Shown here in pieces: positions 18,801 to 22,489 of a stretch of DNA of 22,489 nt (within the stretch, counting starts at the first letter, position 1; every line of letters starts with the position of its first letter). A model generated the notes under the pieces. That model did not search any database, was not told the origin of the DNA, and worked only from the letters and a program-made list of their open reading frames with translations. The stretch is from Candidatus Margulisiibacteriota bacterium. Lineage in GTDB: Bacteria; Margulisbacteria; WOR-1; O2-12-FULL-45-9. Made by a program: the position numbers and the translations under genes. Location of the stretch: NCBI GenBank assembly GCA_043816785.1, contig JBDRHP010000025.1:1-22489 (forward strand), in the 5' to 3' direction.

Positions 18801-19573
18801 TCACACTCATAAACCACGGTCAGGTTCCCCTGAACCTCAATCTTTCCAGGAATGATCGGAGTGTTTAACGCCTCACCTTCGGATTTGAAGGCGCGCAGGC
18901 CGCCATCGATCACCTGCGCTTGAGCCTCCTGGATCCGCAATATTTTAATTAATTTAAGGCCGGAAGCCTTAGTGAGGATTTCAGCCTTTTCCTTGGCAGC
19001 CCTGAAAGCTTTTTCCAGGGCTGTTTTCTTGTGCGGAGCAGAATTCTTCACGCTAAATCTAACATTGTCTACATTAGTGGCTCCGCCGGCAATTGCGGCA
19101 TCAATAGTTTTTCCCAGCTGATCTAAATCATCTAAGGTTACTCTTATTTGGTTGCTGGCAGTATAACCAATGAAGACTCTCTTGCCTCCCTGATATTCAT
19201 ATTTGGCCCTGAGATCAAAATCGGTGGTTTCAATCTTATCTTTTGGGATTCCCATCTTTTTCAAGCTTGCCAGCACATTATTCATTTTCTTGGCGGCGAT
19301 TTTTTGCGCTTCTGTCGCAGCTAGCTCAGTGCGCTCTACTGTGATGCTGATGTAAGCAATGTCAGCCTCGGCTTTAACAATCCCATTGCCTGTAATAATA
19401 ATTTGGGGAGAATCGCTTTCAGCAAAGGCAACTTGAGAAGGAAAAAACAGTAATAGTATTAGGAAACCCGCGAATAAACTTCGCGGTTTCCTAATAATTT
19501 GGAAGCCGCGACGCTTGCCCCGAGAGAAATCGAGGGGTTCAGTCGCAGGCTTCTCTATAAATTTTCTTAACAT
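18797..19573 (-). CDS. SIMPL (DUF541) domain secreted protein
   Basis: I.ITGNG.V.A.ADIAYI, GYTASNQI.V, LGK.IDAAIAGGA, AKEKAE.L, PIIPGKIEV; signal peptide ending VAFA; AAGGAG 9 nt before ATG 19573. Confidence 0.9.
   Translation of the reverse strand: MLRKFIEKPATEPLDFSRGKRRGFQIIRKPRSLFAGFLILLLFFPSQVAFAESDSPQIIITGNGIVKAEADIAYISITVERTELAATEAQKIAAKKMNNVLASLKKMGIPKDKIETTDFDLRAKYEYQGGKRVFIGYTASNQIRVTLDDLDQLGKTIDAAIAGGATNVDNVRFSVKNSAPHKKTALEKAFRAAKEKAEILTKASGLKLIKILRIQEAQAQVIDGGLRAFKSEGEALNTPIIPGKIEVQGNLTVVYECD
19457..19496 (+). repeat. Bulged palindromic repeat, copy B (within the SIMPL coding sequence)
   Basis: TATTAGGAAACC-C-GCGAA-TAAAC-TTCGC-GGTTTCCTAATA. Confidence 0.85.
19502..19553 (-). repeat. 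Bulged palindromic repeat, copy C, with a nested 24-bp hairpin
   Basis: Minus strand: GAAGCC-T-GCGAC-TGAAC-[CCCTCGATTTCTCTCGGGGCAAGC]-GTCGC-GGCTTC. Confidence 0.8.
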
Positions 19574-19595
19574 TTCAATCAACTCCTTGCTGCCA

Positions 19596-19643
19596 ATTTT
19601 AACATGGGCTTATCTTGAATCCAAGCAATAAATAAGGTAGAAT
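19596..19643. promoter_or_regulatory. Divergent promoters for SIMPL (-) and dnaB (+) with overlapping -35 boxes
   Basis: + strand: TTGAAT (19615-19620), 17 bp, TAGAAT (19638-19643). - strand: TTGGAT (19624-19619), 17 bp, TAAAAT (19601-19596) with TG extension. Confidence 0.65.
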
Positions 19644-19651
19644 AAAATACT

Positions 19652-20989
19652 ATGGTTGAGGAGCGAATCCCCCCACAAGATCTTGTTGCCGAACAATCAG
19701 TTATTGGCTCGATGCTTCTGGATAAGAATGCTATTGTCAAAGCAATTGAGATCCTCCACCCTGACAGTTTCTACCGTGATGCCCATCGGTTTATTTATGA
19801 AGTAATTCTTGATGTTTTTGACAAGGGTGAGCCGGTTGATCTCATAACCGTGACCGACGCCTTGCGCAAAGCAGGGAAGCTGGACAAAGTTGGCAGCTCA
19901 GTCTATGTGGCTGACCTGATAAATTCTGTGCCTACTTCGGCTAATGTTGAGTATTACGCCAAGATCGTTGAAGAAAAGGCTATTTTGCGGCGCTTAATCG
20001 ATGCTGGGACCAATATTGTTTCCAATGCTTTCGCGCGGACCGAGGATATCGACCAAATCCTGGATCAGGCGGAAAAGTCGGTTTTTGATATTGCCTTAAA
20101 GAGCGTGCGTCAGGGTTTTCATAAGATCGATTCGGTCATCAAGGGTGTTTTGGACAAGATAGACAGCCTCTATGATAAGAAAGAGGCCATGACTGGCTCT
20201 CCGAGTGGTTTTCCTGATCTGGATAAGCTGACCGCGGGCTTTCAGAACGCTGACCTGATCATTATTGCGGCTCGGCCGGCTGTTGGGAAAACCGCCTTTG
20301 CCTTAAATATTGCCCAGAACGCGGCGATCAAATACAAGCTGCCGGTGGCGATCTTTTCTTTGGAGATGAGCAAGGAACAGCTGGCGCAGAGAATGCTCTG
20401 CTCCGAGGCTGAAGTTGACGCCCAGCGGCTAAAAACTGCCAGCCTGTCTGATACTGGCTGGAAAAAACTGACCCGGGCCTTGGGTCGCTTGTCCGAGGCG
20501 CCGATCTTTATTGATGACTCTGCTTCACTTACTTCGACAGAGATCCGGGCTAAGGCCCGTCGGCTCAAGATCGAAAAGGGGCTGGGCATGATAATCATCG
20601 ATTATATGCAGCTGATGCGCGGCAGGATGAGAGTTGAGAACCGCGTCCAGGAGATCTCCGAGATCGCCAGGTCCTTAAAAACCCTGGCGCGTGAGCTTGA
20701 GGTGCCGGTAGTAGCTCTGTCCCAGCTTTCCCGGGCGGTTGAGCAGCGGACCGACCGCATCCCGCGGCTTTCTGATCTGCGTGAGTCCGGTGAGATCGAG
20801 CAAACAGCGGATTTGGTCTTGTTTATTCACCGCGAGGATTATTATAATCCACAGTCAGACCGCGGCAACATCGCCGAGATCATCATTGCCAAGCAAAGGA
20901 ACGGCCCAGTTGGCAAGATCGAGCTTATCTTCCGTAAAGAGATTACTAAATTCAGCAGTAAAGAAAGCAGGTACGAGCAAGTTGCTTAA
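19652..20989 (+). CDS. dnaB: Replicative DNA helicase
   Basis: RIPPQDLVAEQSVIG, AARPAVGKT, FSLEMS, IDYMQL, LSQLSR, DLRESGEIEQTAD, AKQRNGPVG; no intein. Confidence 0.98.
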   Translation: MVEERIPPQDLVAEQSVIGSMLLDKNAIVKAIEILHPDSFYRDAHRFIYEVILDVFDKGEPVDLITVTDALRKAGKLDKVGSSVYVADLINSVPTSANVEYYAKIVEEKAILRRLIDAGTNIVSNAFARTEDIDQILDQAEKSVFDIALKSVRQGFHKIDSVIKGVLDKIDSLYDKKEAMTGSPSGFPDLDKLTAGFQNADLIIIAARPAVGKTAFALNIAQNAAIKYKLPVAIFSLEMSKEQLAQRMLCSEAEVDAQRLKTASLSDTGWKKLTRALGRLSEAPIFIDDSASLTSTEIRAKARRLKIEKGLGMIIIDYMQLMRGRMRVENRVQEISEIARSLKTLARELEVPVVALSQLSRAVEQRTDRIPRLSDLRESGEIEQTADLVLFIHREDYYNPQSDRGNIAEIIIAKQRNGPVGKIELIFRKEITKFSSKESRYEQVA

Positions 20990-22487
20990 ACGCCTTTTTT
21001 CTTTGTTTTTTGTCTTTTGCCTCCTGTTAACCTCGCTGTCTGTGGCCCAAAGCAAGGACCTGGTGATTAACGCTGACAATGTTTCCTATGACCAGGAAAA
21101 CCATCTGGTGGAAGCAACAGGTTCTGTTGAGGTTATTTATAAAGACGTCACAATTTTGGGCAACCATCTTATCTATGACACCAAGTTGAATATGGCCCAG
21201 GCGGATAACGGGTTTGTCTTAAGTTATGGCGATATCAGTCTGGAGGGCACGACTTTAGATTATGAAATAAAGGAAAAAAAAGGTAAGGCGACCAATGTTG
21301 AATTTACTTACCAGGGGATCGATCTGACCGGCAAAAAAGTAGATCTGAGCCTTGATGAGTTTAAGTTAAAGGACGCCTCTTTTACCAGCTGTGATCTCGA
21401 GTATTCCCATTATCGGGTCACGGCGTCGGACATCATTTTTTATCCGAAATATGGCTGGCTGGTCGCTTACTGGGGATACTTTTGGCTGGGGCCGTTCCCG
21501 CTGGTCCCCATGCCGACTTATATCTACGATATGATGGCCTCGGAAAAAGCTCGAAAAAATATTCCACCCTTTCCGGAAATTGGTTCTAATGATGAGGATG
21601 GGACCTTTGTTAATGAAAGACTGGCTTGGCATATCCAACGGGAGCTCTCGGGAGCCTATAGCATTACTTACGCTACTAAGAAGGGGCTGGGCGGCGGGAT
21701 CGAGGCTGATTACATATTTGACAAGGACAGCCTGGGCAATGCGCGGTTCTACTGGAACGGGGTTGACGGACCGACCGGCGGCGTGACCCACAGCTTGTTC
21801 TTTGGCAGCGAGGTGGAAGACGATTTCGGGTCTGCTTTTTCTTTTTTAGCATTACCAAAACAGCGTCAGTATCAGTTTGACTCGACTTTGGCTTACCACG
21901 AGCGGATCAATTACCAACGAATAAGTTTTTATCCGAACCTGGTGCTTAAAAGCCGCGGCGGAAAAATCCTGCGTGAAGAAGCAAATTTAGATGTTGAGCT
22001 GATGGCTGGTCTGGTGGCCGAGCAATATAATATCCGTTTGGCACGGGGCGGAGGTAAACTGGATTTTTTCTGGGATTTTCCTGAGACAGATTTTGGTGAC
22101 CTGACTCCGTCCTTGGGTCTTGACGGGCGCTATTATTCAAATGGGACCAGGTGGGTGAAAACCACCGGCGGTTTAGGCCTTAAGAAAACTTTGCCAGGAA
22201 ATGTTCTGTTTGGGCTGGGTTATCTGCATCATTTTTCAGTTGAAGGAGCCAGCCCTTTTAATTTTGAGATGTATCGTTTTAGTCCGGCCGATCGTTTGAC
22301 CTCGGATCTATCTTTTGTTATCGGTGAAACCGGGCTGGGGATATCTTCCTCGTATTTTCTTGATACTTGGCAGCCGGAGGACATAGATTACTCTTTACTC
22401 TTTAAGCTGCACTGCTATAATTTATTGGTTAAATATCGTTCCTTGCGCAAGGAGTTTGAGTTAGGCTTTAGTTTAGCAGGAGGTTAA
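20982..22487 (+). CDS. LptD/OstA-like outer-membrane protein
   Basis: Signal peptide from TTG 20982 (MLKRLFSLFFVFCLLL); OstA-like INADNVSYD...EATGSV; FTSC....HY; aromatic-rich beta-strand C-terminus ending ELGFSLAGG. Confidence 0.7.
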   Translation: MLKRLFSLFFVFCLLLTSLSVAQSKDLVINADNVSYDQENHLVEATGSVEVIYKDVTILGNHLIYDTKLNMAQADNGFVLSYGDISLEGTTLDYEIKEKKGKATNVEFTYQGIDLTGKKVDLSLDEFKLKDASFTSCDLEYSHYRVTASDIIFYPKYGWLVAYWGYFWLGPFPLVPMPTYIYDMMASEKARKNIPPFPEIGSNDEDGTFVNERLAWHIQRELSGAYSITYATKKGLGGGIEADYIFDKDSLGNARFYWNGVDGPTGGVTHSLFFGSEVEDDFGSAFSFLALPKQRQYQFDSTLAYHERINYQRISFYPNLVLKSRGGKILREEANLDVELMAGLVAEQYNIRLARGGGKLDFFWDFPETDFGDLTPSLGLDGRYYSNGTRWVKTTGGLGLKKTLPGNVLFGLGYLHHFSVEGASPFNFEMYRFSPADRLTSDLSFVIGETGLGISSSYFLDTWQPEDIDYSLLFKLHCYNLLVKYRSLRKEFELGFSLAGG

Positions 22488-22489
22488 TT

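Noticed and set aside
20739..20981. Long N-terminal extensions in the ORF track (also trpS from 1808, tal from 17631)
   Set aside because: They overlap upstream genes or repeats; downstream starts fit the SD, signal peptide or family length better.

Overview
Bacterial chromosomal window, mostly tightly packed housekeeping genes on the + strand: holA (3' part), a class B penicillin-binding protein, trpS, scpA, scpB, queE, dnaE, hisI, uvrA, a stand-alone tRNA-binding OB-fold protein, transaldolase, dnaB and an LptD/OstA-like outer-membrane protein. Two genes lie on the - strand (a 266-aa ORFan and a SIMPL protein). An accessory block between hisI and uvrA holds a single-chain restriction-modification enzyme with an AT-rich specificity region, a truncated dinD and a BRO-N protein. 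Two small genes missing from the ORF track are readable in the DNA: a 46-aa Cys4 DUF5679-like protein (5897-6037) and a 37-aa single-pass membrane peptide coupled to uvrA (17052-17165). The most unusual signal is a set of miniature repeats inside reading frames: a bulged-hairpin family with three copies (two inside the SIMPL signal peptide, one carrying a nested 24-bp second hairpin), a CTGCCGGCAG palindrome in the DnaE N-terminus, and a 7-bp tandem repeat just after the DnaE clamp-binding motif. dnaE and dnaB both look leaderless. ScpAB plus an LptD-like protein suggests a diderm Terrabacteria lineage, possibly Saganbacteria/Margulisbacteria-like (inference only). No rRNA, tRNA, CRISPR, integrase or transposase seen.
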